DNA of 36,270 nucleotides from Acidimicrobiia bacterium (GTDB taxonomy: Bacteria; Actinomycetota; Acidimicrobiia; Spongiisociales; CAZKJJ01). The translations under genes and the position numbers were made by a program. Positions 1 to 8,753 of this stretch are shown one piece after another. A model generated the notes under the pieces. It did not search any database. It was not told the DNA's origin and was given only the letters and a program-made list of their open reading frames with translations. The stretch is from NCBI GenBank assembly GCA_046759765.1, contig JBHICV010000008.1, forward strand, positions 1-36,270, given 5' to 3'. Positions within the stretch are counted from its first letter, which is position 1. Every line of letters begins with the position of its first letter.

Positions 1-935
1 GCGGTGATGAAGATGGCCAGGGCGCCATAGGTGACCGTTTTGGAGATGACTAGATCGATGTCGTATAGCCGGTACTTAGTTATGGCAACGGCGAAAGACA
101 AGATCAACAGCGTCTCGGCCGCGGCCAGCAGTAGCAGGCCTGACAACTCGCTGAGCCCGAGAGCCCCGGTTTCCTGGTCGATTACGAGCAGCACCAAGGT
201 GGCGGCCAGGAAGGCGCCAGCCCAGGCGATCCATCGAATCTGATGTCGAGTCATTCCGGAACTGCGCCGATAGCGAACGACGACCCCAACCACCGATGCC
301 ACAACCGTGAGCAATATCAAACCAAACAGCGCGACTTCCGCCGGATCCTCAACCGGGGCGCTGACCGGCGTGGTGCTGGAGGGTCGGTACTCCCAGACCA
401 CTATGGGGATGGCCAGCGCCAATAGCGCCACGCTCAACCACCCCACCCACCGCCAGCGTGGAGAAGGTGGCCGACCGTCGGGGAACAGCAACAGCCCTAG
501 CGTCAACACCAGGGCAAAGGCCGGCATCCAGGCCCAGATAATCGGATTGAGAGCGACTGCTGCAGCCACTGGAAGGTCGGACGGGCTCAAGGCGAGCATT
601 TCCTCATAAGGGAGTTCGAGGATGGACGCCGGTGCAGTGAGGCTGAAGGCAGCGGCGCCCGCGCTGGAGAGCGCGGCGAAGAAGGCGGCCCAGGCAAGCG
701 CCCACACGACCCCGTTACGGGGCTGAGGGCTGATCGTCAGCCAGGCCAACGATCCTGTGCCGATGGCCCAAAGACTGATGTGGCCGACGGCCAGGTCGGT
801 GACCAGATCCCACTGGCCCAGTACGGCGATTATTCCCAAGCTGATGAGGGCCACGGCTGCCGCGGTCCCGGCGAGGAGCCTTCCCCACCTCGTCACGGTT
901 CGATCGTCGATCCTCGCCATAGTCCCCTTAGTCAT
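1..935 (-). CDS. Multi-TM sensor protein, probable histidine kinase paralogue (partial, runs off the left window edge)
   Basis: Absent from the ORF track because there is no stop in the window. Manual translation from ATG at 935 (ATGA overlap with the upstream stop) gives MTKGTMARIDDRTVTRWGRLLAG...FPDGRPPSPRWRWVGW...RYRRSSGMTRHQIRWIAW...AITKYRLYDIDLVISKTVTYGALAIFIT, collinear with the N-terminal half of 932..3043. An alternative ATG lies at 920. Confidence 0.85.
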   Translation of the reverse strand, partial: MTKGTMARIDDRTVTRWGRLLAGTAAAVALISLGIIAVLGQWDLVTDLAVGHISLWAIGTGSLAWLTISPQPRNGVVWALAWAAFFAALSSAGAAAFSLTAPASILELPYEEMLALSPSDLPVAAAVALNPIIWAWMPAFALVLTLGLLLFPDGRPPSPRWRWVGWLSVALLALAIPIVVWEYRPSSTTPVSAPVEDPAEVALFGLILLTVVASVVGVVVRYRRSSGMTRHQIRWIAWAGAFLAATLVLLVIDQETGALGLSELSGLLLLAAAETLLILSFAVAITKYRLYDIDLVISKTVTYGALAIFIT

Positions 936-3043
936 GAGAGTTCCAAGGCTCCGGCCGGCAGACGACCAATGATCACGGCCCCACTGCCCGGCGTTGACTC
1001 CACGCTCAACTGTCCACCGAGGGCTTCCACCCGATCGGCGACTGCAGCGAGACCCGGACCCGTGCTGCCCGATTCCGCGCCATGGACCGAGAAGGTGACC
1101 ATCTCGCCGTCGTCACCCAGTGTGACCCGCGCCGCACTGGCGCCCTCTGTGGCACGGCCGATTGCCTCCAGCACGGCGAAGTAGATGGTGGCTTCGATCT
1201 CGGGTGGGTAGCGACCGAAGCCGTCGGTCTCGACCGTGATCGGTATCGAAGTGTCCCTTCCGGCAGCAACCAAGGCGGCGCGCACCCCTTCAGCCTCGAG
1301 CAGGGGTGGGTAGATACCCCGGGCTGCCTCCCGCATCCCATTCACGGCGCGCTGTGCGTCGTCGGCTAGATCGGCTACAGCCGCGGCAACTTGGTCGACG
1401 CCCTCTCGTTCTGCCAGCGTCTTGGCGAGTCCCAGTTTGACCTTGAGGGCGACGACCTGCTGCTGGGCGCCGTCGTGCAGGTCGCGCTCCAGCCTTCTCC
1501 GCTCTAGATCTTGAGCGGAGACCAGCCGACGCCGCGAGAAACGGAGCTCAGCGGCTCGGTCGGCTAGCTCGGCATTGAGTCGAATATTGCGGAGCAGCAA
1601 CCCCGCGCTGGCGGCTACGTCCTCGAGCAATCGTTGATCGGATGGCGTTACCGGATCTGACGCCCCCTTTTGTATGGACAGCGCTCCGAGGAGCTCGCCC
1701 CCGTGTTCAATCGGCTCAGCTGCATCGCCGGGAAGCTGTGGCAGCTCGCTGCCAACCAGGGGGACCGACGCGGTTACTTCGGGCGAGGTGGTTGCTTCTG
1801 GCCGAAGCTGATTTCCCACACGTAGCCACACCACCGCCTCGGTGGCTCCAGTGCCTGACATGAGTAGCTGCGCCAAACGGTCGAGCGCCTGCTCGTCAGA
1901 CTCGGCCTCGGACATTCGCGCCGTCAGTTGGGAGAGCACCTCGTAGGGGGTTGCTCGCTCTCCGTATACCAGTCGGTTGGCCCAACGTTGCAGCCGTGAC
2001 CGCACCGGCTCGAACAGAATCGCCACCAACGCCGTAGCGCCTATCGCCAGCATCAGGTTGGGCTCATCGCCTCCACCGGCGAGGGCTCCCACGCCGACCA
2101 CGATCGCCACGTACACGGCGGTGATGAAGATGGCCAGGATGCCGTAGGTGACCGTCTTAGAGATGACGACGTCGATGTCGTATAGCCGGTATTTGGTGAT
2201 CGCGACCGCAAAGGAAAGGATCAACAGAGCTTCTCCGAAAAGGGCGAGATACCCCGACACACTGGCTCCGGAGCCGGTGGGCCCTTCTAGGAGCTGGCCC
2301 CCGACCAATGATGCGGCGAGGAAGGTTCCACCCCAGGCGATCCATCGGATCTGGCGCCGGGTCACTCCCGAACTACGCCGGTAGCGGACGACGAGCGCGG
2401 TCACCGATAGCGCGACACCGACCAGTGCCAGGGAGATCGCCGCACCGGCTATTAGGCCGACCGTGTCCGCGGACTCCACATCGCTGTCGATGGGGACGGT
2501 GCTGGAAGGGCGAGCCACCCAAGCCAGGGAAACGACGGCAAGGGCTATCGTTGCCATACTGAACCAGCCCACCCACCGCCACTGCCTAGAGGGCGGCCCA
2601 CCATCAGGGAACCACAGGAGTCCCAAGGTCATTACGAGGACGAACGCTGGGACCCAGCCCCAGGCTACCGGCTGTAAGGCGATGGCCGCTGCTCGGGGAA
2701 GGTCCGACGGGCTCAACGCCGATATCTCCTCCGTTGGTAGCTCCAGGATGGGCGCCGGAGCAATGAGCGCGAAGGCAGCAAAACCCGCTGTGAAGAGCGC
2801 CCCGAAAAAGGCGCCCCAGGCGAGCGCCCACACCGCCCGGTTGCGCGCCTGGGTGGTCATCGTCACCCAGACCAACGAACCGAAGCCCACGGCGAGCAGG
2901 CCGTTGTGGACGACGAAGCCCTCGACGAAAATACCCCACTGGCCCAGCACGGCAAGGATTCCCATGCTGAGAAGCGCGATGGCCACCGCGGCCCCGGCCA
3001 GGACTCTCCCCCACCCGATCCGAGTTCGATCCTCGACGCTCAC
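932..3043 (-). CDS. Membrane sensor histidine kinase-like protein (multi-TM + GAF + HisKA_3 + degenerate HATPase)
   Basis: Many hydrophobic helices, a GAF-like segment (EPIEHGGELLGALSI), H-box ERRRLERDLHDGAQQ and C-terminal GLAAVADRVEALGG. Start moved to GTG 3043, which overlaps the upstream TGA (GTGA). Confidence 0.88.
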   Translation of the reverse strand: MSVEDRTRIGWGRVLAGAAVAIALLSMGILAVLGQWGIFVEGFVVHNGLLAVGFGSLVWVTMTTQARNRAVWALAWGAFFGALFTAGFAAFALIAPAPILELPTEEISALSPSDLPRAAAIALQPVAWGWVPAFVLVMTLGLLWFPDGGPPSRQWRWVGWFSMATIALAVVSLAWVARPSSTVPIDSDVESADTVGLIAGAAISLALVGVALSVTALVVRYRRSSGVTRRQIRWIAWGGTFLAASLVGGQLLEGPTGSGASVSGYLALFGEALLILSFAVAITKYRLYDIDVVISKTVTYGILAIFITAVYVAIVVGVGALAGGGDEPNLMLAIGATALVAILFEPVRSRLQRWANRLVYGERATPYEVLSQLTARMSEAESDEQALDRLAQLLMSGTGATEAVVWLRVGNQLRPEATTSPEVTASVPLVGSELPQLPGDAAEPIEHGGELLGALSIQKGASDPVTPSDQRLLEDVAASAGLLLRNIRLNAELADRAAELRFSRRRLVSAQDLERRRLERDLHDGAQQQVVALKVKLGLAKTLAEREGVDQVAAAVADLADDAQRAVNGMREAARGIYPPLLEAEGVRAALVAAGRDTSIPITVETDGFGRYPPEIEATIYFAVLEAIGRATEGASAARVTLGDDGEMVTFSVHGAESGSTGPGLAAVADRVEALGGQLSVESTPGSGAVIIGRLPAGALELS

Positions 3044-4344
3044 GTTGCTATCCGCGGGATTCGGAAAGCCTTCACCGGCATTTGGCGACCCTTGACCAGG
3101 GCCGGCTCCAACTGGTCGCTGTCCGGATGAGTGGCGATCGCGTCCCAGGTCGCCTCGCTCAGCACAATCTCGCCCGGATCGGCCCATTGTTGGAGGCGCT
3201 GCGACAGGTTGACCGTGTCGCCCACCACCGTGTATTCGAGCCGCTCTTCCGAGCCCAGCAGCGCGGCGGCAACCGTGCCCGTTGACAATCCAATTCCAAG
3301 ATGGAACGGCTCCAGGCCCCGAGCCAGCCAGGCGGCGTTGACTTCGGCTTGAGCAGCGTGCATCGCCTGGGCGGCGGCCAGTGCCCGATCGGCATGGTTG
3401 TCCAACGGGACCGGCGCCCCGAAGACACCCATTACGGCGTCCCCGATGAACATCATCACCGTGCCGTGCTCGTCGAGTACCGCTTTGTTCATGGCGGCTC
3501 GGTGCTCGTTCAGCTGTCCGGCCAGTGTGCTCGGGTTGGTGCGTTCCGCGATGCTCGAGTAGCCGCGGATGTCGGACATCAGCACGGTTACCTCCAGCTC
3601 CTCAGTCTCGCCGATCCGCTTTCCCTCCTCGCGCAGCTTTTGGGCGACACCGCCCGGGAGCAGTCGTCCCAAAGTCTCGCCTTGCTCCTCGCGCTCCATG
3701 ATCGCCTGGTGCAGTCGCTTGAGCCGTTCCAGACTCCCTTCCTCACCGGCGGAGAGGCCCTCGGCCAGCTTGACAAAAAGCTCCTCGACGGCGGCGTCGA
3801 TGTCAGTAGGAGTCGTCTTCCGTGCCACGGCAATCGCTTTGATCGGGGTTCCTTGAGCCACCTGCTGCAACAGGTCCTCCTCGTCGGCAGATAGCACTCC
3901 TTCGGTACGCACCGGAGAAGCGAGCGCCTCCACGATCTTCGGGTCGAGCAGCGACCCGCCCGACGCCACCTCGCGTATCGCACGGGCGAGCTGGTTGCCC
4001 TCACCCACCCGGTCTTTCAGCATGTAGGCATACCCGGCCGCGCCCTCCGAAAGAAGGGAAACCGCGTACTCGGGATCGTCGTACTGCGAGAGGATCACGA
4101 CCCCCGTGCCGGGATGACGCTTGCGGACCTCCTTCGCGGCGTCGATTCCCTCACGGGAGAAGTTGGGCGGCATCCGTATATCCGTCACCACAACCTGGGG
4201 CTTGGCATCCTCGGCGCCTTCGACTAACTCGTCGTAATCGGCGGCGACTCCAATCACGTCGAGGTCATCCTCGAGGTCGAGCAGGGCCTTAACGCCTTCG
4301 CGCACGATCAGGTTGTCGTCCGCTAAGAACACTGAGATCGTCAC
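3040..4344 (-). CDS. Response regulator receiver + LuxR-like HTH remnant + class III adenylate/guanylate cyclase fusion
   Basis: NarL-type receiver (LADD, VTDIRMPP, ILSQY, YMLK), HTH-like LSADEEDLLQQVAQG...IAVARK, cyclase motifs SDIRGYS, FIGDAVM, GIGLSTG, YTVVGDTVNLSQRL. GAGGTG RBS upstream of the GTG. Confidence 0.9.
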   Translation of the reverse strand: MTISVFLADDNLIVREGVKALLDLEDDLDVIGVAADYDELVEGAEDAKPQVVVTDIRMPPNFSREGIDAAKEVRKRHPGTGVVILSQYDDPEYAVSLLSEGAAGYAYMLKDRVGEGNQLARAIREVASGGSLLDPKIVEALASPVRTEGVLSADEEDLLQQVAQGTPIKAIAVARKTTPTDIDAAVEELFVKLAEGLSAGEEGSLERLKRLHQAIMEREEQGETLGRLLPGGVAQKLREEGKRIGETEELEVTVLMSDIRGYSSIAERTNPSTLAGQLNEHRAAMNKAVLDEHGTVMMFIGDAVMGVFGAPVPLDNHADRALAAAQAMHAAQAEVNAAWLARGLEPFHLGIGLSTGTVAAALLGSEERLEYTVVGDTVNLSQRLQQWADPGEIVLSEATWDAIATHPDSDQLEPALVKGRQMPVKAFRIPRIAT

Positions 4345-4499
4345 GGCTCACCTCTTGTCTGTCACTACGAATATCTCATAGCCTGTCAGTCGTGACCATG
4401 GTGCAGGCCCCCGAATCGAGGTGGGGTTAACCGAACCCCTCAGTTCGGATCCGCCAGCGCGGAGTAGGTTCCGCACGGACGAAGCAGGGGAGGGCATCA

Positions 4500-4880
4500 G
4501 TGTCGGAGCCGATCGTTTTCATTAGCCACCAGAGGATCAAGGAGGGCAAGCTCGAGGGATTCAAGGAGCAGGCTCGCGAAGTTGCGCGCACGCTGGAGGA
4601 GACCAAGCCGGGCACGGTCGTGTTCTATGCGTACCTCAACGAGGCCGGAACCGAGGCGACCGTCGTCCATGTGTTTCCGGACCGCGAAGCCATGGATGCG
4701 CACATGGAGGGGGTCATGGAGAGGGCACAGGCCGCCTACGAATACATCGAGCCGCAGAGGATGGAGATCTACGGCTTGCCGAGCGATCAGACAATGGAGG
4801 TCTTCAAGCAGTCGGCCGAAATGGGGGTCGGCGTAACCTTTGAGCCTGAACCCCTGGCTGGATACCTCCGCCTCGCCTGA
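4500..4880 (+). CDS. ABM/Dabb-like dimeric alpha-beta barrel protein (putative monooxygenase)
   Basis: 126 aa, pattern RIKEGKLEGFK...PGTVVFYAY...VHVFPDREAMDAH typical of ABM-like proteins; GGGAGGG RBS upstream. Confidence 0.65.
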   Translation: MSEPIVFISHQRIKEGKLEGFKEQAREVARTLEETKPGTVVFYAYLNEAGTEATVVHVFPDREAMDAHMEGVMERAQAAYEYIEPQRMEIYGLPSDQTMEVFKQSAEMGVGVTFEPEPLAGYLRLA

Positions 4881-5091
4881 CTCGCATCCCTGGCACTGAA
4901 GCCACGGCATTCATCTGCTCTGCGCCGGGCAGGGCAGTATTCATGAAGGCGCGGCTAGAGGCCGCCCATACGACTGTGCCGGCGGTCCTCCAACGGTGAG
5001 CAGAGCACACGGCGACTTTCCCTCCTCGGCCCGTCACGTGAAAGAGGGAGTGCGTAGGCTCAGCGAAGGCCGTAACTATAGGAGGAGTGTG

Positions 5092-5454
5092 ATGGGCAAG
5101 CTGCTGGTGGTCGGAACCTACGCCACGGATGATCCGACCCGAGCATCCATGCCCTTTGTGGCGGTCTCTGGCGCATTGGACCGGGGTCACGAACCAGGAA
5201 TCGTTCTGATGGGTGAGGCGGTCTATCTGATGAATGATCAGATCGTCGACGACATCCAAGGTGTCGGTTTTCCACCACTCCGCGACCTGTGGGACAAGGC
5301 CGTCGACAACCGCGTGCCGATATTCGTCTGAGGGCCTTGCAGCCAGGCCCGTGCGGTCGGCGAAGAGGCTCTCGAAGGCAAGAACGCACAGTTCACGGGA
5401 CCAGACGATTTCAGTGACCTCATGATGGAGTACGACCGGGTCCTGAGCTACTGA
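5092..5454 (+). CDS. DsrE/DsrF-like protein, probable selenoprotein (in-frame TGA at 5329-5331 in a U-G-P-C motif)
   Basis: AGGAGGAG RBS at 5080-5087, ATG 5092. DsrE-like N-terminus (TDDPTRASMPF...LMGEAVYLM...GVGFPPL). Reading through TGA gives VPIFV-U-GPCSQARAVGEEALEGKNAQFTGPDDFSDLMMEYDRVLSY-stop, a full-length 120 aa DsrE-like protein. Confidence 0.85.
5342..5361 (+). promoter_or_regulatory. Candidate bacterial SECIS hairpin
   Basis: GCC-A-GGCC/CGUGC/GGUC-GGC: stem with a bulged A and a GU-containing apical loop, starting at the 11th nt after the UGA. An alternative 6-bp hairpin GGGCCT/AGGCCC spans 5332-5350. Folded by eye. Confidence 0.55.
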
Positions 5455-5504
5455 GAGCTTGGCCTTCGGAGTCGGGGAGCGCCAGGGCATATCGAGCGCC
5501 CCTA

Positions 5505-5765
5505 TCAGCCGGAGTCATTCATCTCGCGCCGGATCTCTTCGTTGGTGATGGGCGCCTCTTCGCGGTAGACGTTCCAGCCGTGGAACGCGAAGCCGACGCC
5601 CCAACCCAGCAGCACCCATCCGGGCCAGAAACTGCCGGCGCCTGATAATGCCCAGATCCCCACCAGGAAGGCATTTATCACGACGTAGGTGACCAAGTGG
5701 GACCTGAAGCTTCGCTTTGCTCTGACTCGTTTGATGGCCGCCTTCCGACGCTCGTCGTTGTTCAT
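5505..5765 (-). CDS. 2TM domain-containing small membrane protein
   Basis: FRSHLVTYVVINAFLVGIW...FWPGWVLLGWGVGFAFH is the characteristic 2TM pattern; GGAGG RBS. Confidence 0.85.
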   Translation of the reverse strand: MNNDERRKAAIKRVRAKRSFRSHLVTYVVINAFLVGIWALSGAGSFWPGWVLLGWGVGFAFHGWNVYREEAPITNEEIRREMNDSG

Positions 5766-6058
5766 GGCCTCCTCCGTGGCTCCGTCTGGCAGACGGAGAC
5801 TGTCCGAGGACGCGAGACCAGAACTCGCCCGCGTCGGGCGAGCTCCGCCTGCTCGCTTGAATCTTGTCGCTGCAACTCAGCTGTGGCCATGGCCGTGGGC
5901 CGTGTTCGGCGCCAGGGCATCGCTGCTCTTTGGTCGTAGTCCTGCTTCTCCGGGTAGCACGCGATCCTGGGAGAATGGCGGCCGGTCGCGGCTAGAAACG
6001 AGTACGAGAGGTACATGGAGAGCCAACGCGCACGTAGCTCAAAGGCCGGGTTTGACCA

Positions 6059-6571
6059 ATGACGGGACGCCACGCAGGGCGGCGTCAGGAGGACTTCTGG
6101 AAGGACCTCTTGATTTTCGGCCTCAAGGTCCTGTTCTGGGGAGCCGTCGTCATAGGCGTTGTATGGGTCTTCCGACAGGTGCCCGGCTTGGGAGCCGGGG
6201 AAGAGAGCGACCCCGGCGAGATAGCCGCCGAAGTCCCGGCGCCCGTCACAACCGCGACTACTTCGGCAACGACCACGACCTCCGAGCCGGTCCTCGATCC
6301 ATCTGAGGTAACGGTCCTGGTACTCAATTCCACCGACAGGTCAGGCCTGGCGGGACGTGTGACGGATACCATCAGCGGCTTGGGATACGAAACTCTCGAG
6401 GCCGCCAACTACGCCAACCCACTCGAAGATTCGCTGCTTTGGTACGCACCTGGGCATGAGGATGAGGCGGAGGAGCTCGCCCGAGTCTTGCCCGACATGA
6501 TCATCGGGCCCAACCCGGAGGCACCTCAGGCCGATCTGGTCATCGTTCTGGGCTCCTCTTTTCAAGAGTGA
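6059..6571 (+). CDS. LytR C-terminal domain-containing membrane-anchored protein
   Basis: One TM helix, Thr-rich linker, then VTVLVLNSTDRSGLAG...ANY...ADLVIVLG (LytR_C pattern). Confidence 0.85.
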   Translation: MTGRHAGRRQEDFWKDLLIFGLKVLFWGAVVIGVVWVFRQVPGLGAGEESDPGEIAAEVPAPVTTATTSATTTTSEPVLDPSEVTVLVLNSTDRSGLAGRVTDTISGLGYETLEAANYANPLEDSLLWYAPGHEDEAEELARVLPDMIIGPNPEAPQADLVIVLGSSFQE

Positions 6572-7482
6572 CGGAACGTTCCCATTGGCCCCCCTGGCTT
6601 TGGCTGATGGACGGCGTGGTAGTTGTCGTTGTCGCCATTGCCTCACTCGGCGGCTTGTTGATGCCAGCTCTTTTGCTCGATCTCGCTTCGTTCTGGCCCT
6701 TCTATCTGGTGGGGATCGTCGCCGGTGTAGTTCTGGCGCTCTTCCCTCGCGCGAAGCGAGCCGGGGCCAAGGGGAGGGCCAGGCACAGCGAAGGTGGGCG
6801 GCGGCGGAGCCGCCGCAGGGTCCGGACGTGGCTCCGGCTGATAGCTCCCCTGTTCGTGCTCATGTGGCTAGTTGTGGCGCTGACGCTCCATTTCGTAGGC
6901 TGGATCGAGCTGCCTTCGGCCGCCGGAGATCTCCGCGGACCAGACGTTGGTTCGGTAATGGATGCCGAAGTCGCCGTTGCGATGTCTGGCCTCCTCACGG
7001 TCAGCGCTGGCACTGAGCCGCTCTACGAGGTTGCGCTCGCCAGAGCGGGCGGCGACACGGGCGTACCGGAGTCACTCGAATCGATCACAGTTTCAGACGC
7101 CGTCATCTCGATGCGCGAGACACATGACTCGTTCTGGTTTGAGACGTCGGGATGGAACCTGCGGCTGGCCGTTGGGCCTTCCTGGGCGCTGGATCTTCGC
7201 TCATCGGAGCTAGATGCCGATCTGCGAGGCCTGAGCCTGCGCTCGGCGCGGCTGGACGGCTCCGGAATGGCGGCCCTTCCTACCTCTGATGGACCCATGG
7301 AGGTCGGAGTGACCGGGGGCTTTGTCCTCAGCGTGCCCAAGGGCCAACCGGTGGAGATCGTGGGACCTGCGACGGTTCCCGATACGTGGCTTCAGACAGA
7401 AGGGGGCTGGCGGTCACCTGCCGACGGTGACGGGCTTCTGATCGCCGTCGAGGAGGGTCCCGTTGTGGTGATAGAGCGGTGA
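6568..7482 (+). CDS. Hypothetical membrane protein (N-terminal TM helices, beta-rich C-terminal domain)
   Basis: GTGA overlap with the previous gene; 304 aa with about three hydrophobic segments; no family confidently recognised. Confidence 0.65.
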   Translation: MTERSHWPPWLWLMDGVVVVVVAIASLGGLLMPALLLDLASFWPFYLVGIVAGVVLALFPRAKRAGAKGRARHSEGGRRRSRRRVRTWLRLIAPLFVLMWLVVALTLHFVGWIELPSAAGDLRGPDVGSVMDAEVAVAMSGLLTVSAGTEPLYEVALARAGGDTGVPESLESITVSDAVISMRETHDSFWFETSGWNLRLAVGPSWALDLRSSELDADLRGLSLRSARLDGSGMAALPTSDGPMEVGVTGGFVLSVPKGQPVEIVGPATVPDTWLQTEGGWRSPADGDGLLIAVEEGPVVVIER

Positions 7483-7512
7483 GTACACTCCCCGGCGAAT
7501 GAGCGGGCGACG

Positions 7513-8727
7513 ATGAGCGAACCCTCCCCGCTCTACGAGCGGTTCCGCAGGCTGGGTATCGCATCCTGGAGTGTCGTCGGAGTTCTGCTTGTGGCGGCGG
7601 TTGCGATATGGATCGCGATTCAGCTGCGGATCATCCTCCTGCCGCTGATCCTGGCCATCGGCATCATCTATCTGATCAACCCGTTCGTTGATCTCCTGTC
7701 CAGGACCAGGGTGCCCCGAATCCTGGGCACGGTTCTCGTGTACATCGTCTTCATCGGCCTTTTGGTCCTGGCCGGCGTGGCCATCTATCCAATGGTCCGT
7801 GATCAGGTAGTCACATTCATCGCCCAGGTCCCGGACATCGCCACGGACCTGACCGCCGAGATCGTCCGTATCGCCACGAATCTGGGTATCACCGTGGATC
7901 TGCCCACGATCGAGTCGATCCAGGAATGGCTGGCCGACCCGGCCAATCGCGAGCAGATAATCGAAGCACTCGGGCAGGTTTCCGAGGTGGGACTGGCGGT
8001 CTTCGAGGTAATCGGGATATTCCTGCTCGCTCCGATCCTCGCCTTGTACCTGCTGATCGATCTGCCTGCGATCAAGGAGCGGGCGACTGGCCTTTTGCCC
8101 CCCGCCTCTCGGGAAGAGGCAATTTTCCTGGGTCGGGAGCTGGGCCGGGCTCTCGGCGGGTTCGTCAGGGGCCAGCTGGTGGTTGCGCTCTTCGTTGGCG
8201 TGGCCTCGAGCATCGGGCTTCGGATCATCGACCACCCGTTCTGGCTGGTGATCGGACTGATAGCCGGAGTCTTGAACCTGGTGCCGTTCATCGGTCCGAT
8301 CTCCGGTGGGATCCTCGCCGCGGCCACCGCGATCGCAGTGCAGGACTTCTCGACCGCTATCTGGTCGGTGGTGGTGATGGTGATCGTTCAGCAGATCGAC
8401 AACCACCTGATCAGCCCGATCGTTTTACGAGTGGCAGTCAAGCTGTCTCCCGTGACGATCATCCTCGCCCTGATCGCCGGGGGAGCGCTCTTTGGACTGT
8501 TCGGAGTCTTGATCGCAGTGCCAACCGTCGCCGCCGTCAAAGTTCTTTTGGGCCATCTGTGGCGGACCCGGATCCTGGGCGAGTCCTGGGAGGAGGCTTC
8601 CGAGGCCATGATCGTCACGTATGAGCCTCCCGCCCGGCTTGTTCGGCGCGGCCGCAGCTCGCCCGAGCAGCTGACGCTCGATAGTTCAGAGGACGAAGAG
8701 GCGCCAGACGAGGCTGCCGAGGCTTAG
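7513..8727 (+). CDS. AI-2E family transporter (PerM/TqsA-like)
   Basis: Polytopic membrane protein with FVRGQLVVAL, LNLVPFIGP, QQIDNHLISP...LSPVTIILALIAGG..FGLFGVLIAVP motifs. Confidence 0.92.
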   Translation: MSEPSPLYERFRRLGIASWSVVGVLLVAAVAIWIAIQLRIILLPLILAIGIIYLINPFVDLLSRTRVPRILGTVLVYIVFIGLLVLAGVAIYPMVRDQVVTFIAQVPDIATDLTAEIVRIATNLGITVDLPTIESIQEWLADPANREQIIEALGQVSEVGLAVFEVIGIFLLAPILALYLLIDLPAIKERATGLLPPASREEAIFLGRELGRALGGFVRGQLVVALFVGVASSIGLRIIDHPFWLVIGLIAGVLNLVPFIGPISGGILAAATAIAVQDFSTAIWSVVVMVIVQQIDNHLISPIVLRVAVKLSPVTIILALIAGGALFGLFGVLIAVPTVAAVKVLLGHLWRTRILGESWEEASEAMIVTYEPPARLVRRGRSSPEQLTLDSSEDEEAPDEAAEA

Positions 8728-8753
8728 AGGCTCCTCGTTAGTCTCGGTCAGGC

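Noticed and set aside
3044..3187. N-terminal extension of the kinase given by the ORF track (start 3187)
   Set aside because: It lies inside the cyclase gene. The GTGA overlap at 3043 and the paralogue's N-terminus support the shorter start.
4804..5490. 228-aa minus-strand ORF
   Set aside because: Antisense shadow of the DsrE-like gene with no recognisable motifs.
5766..6058. Possible small gene or structured RNA in the divergent gap, including a hairpin at about 5780-5798
   Set aside because: The candidate ORFs lack convincing RBS or motifs, and one hairpin is not enough to call an RNA element.
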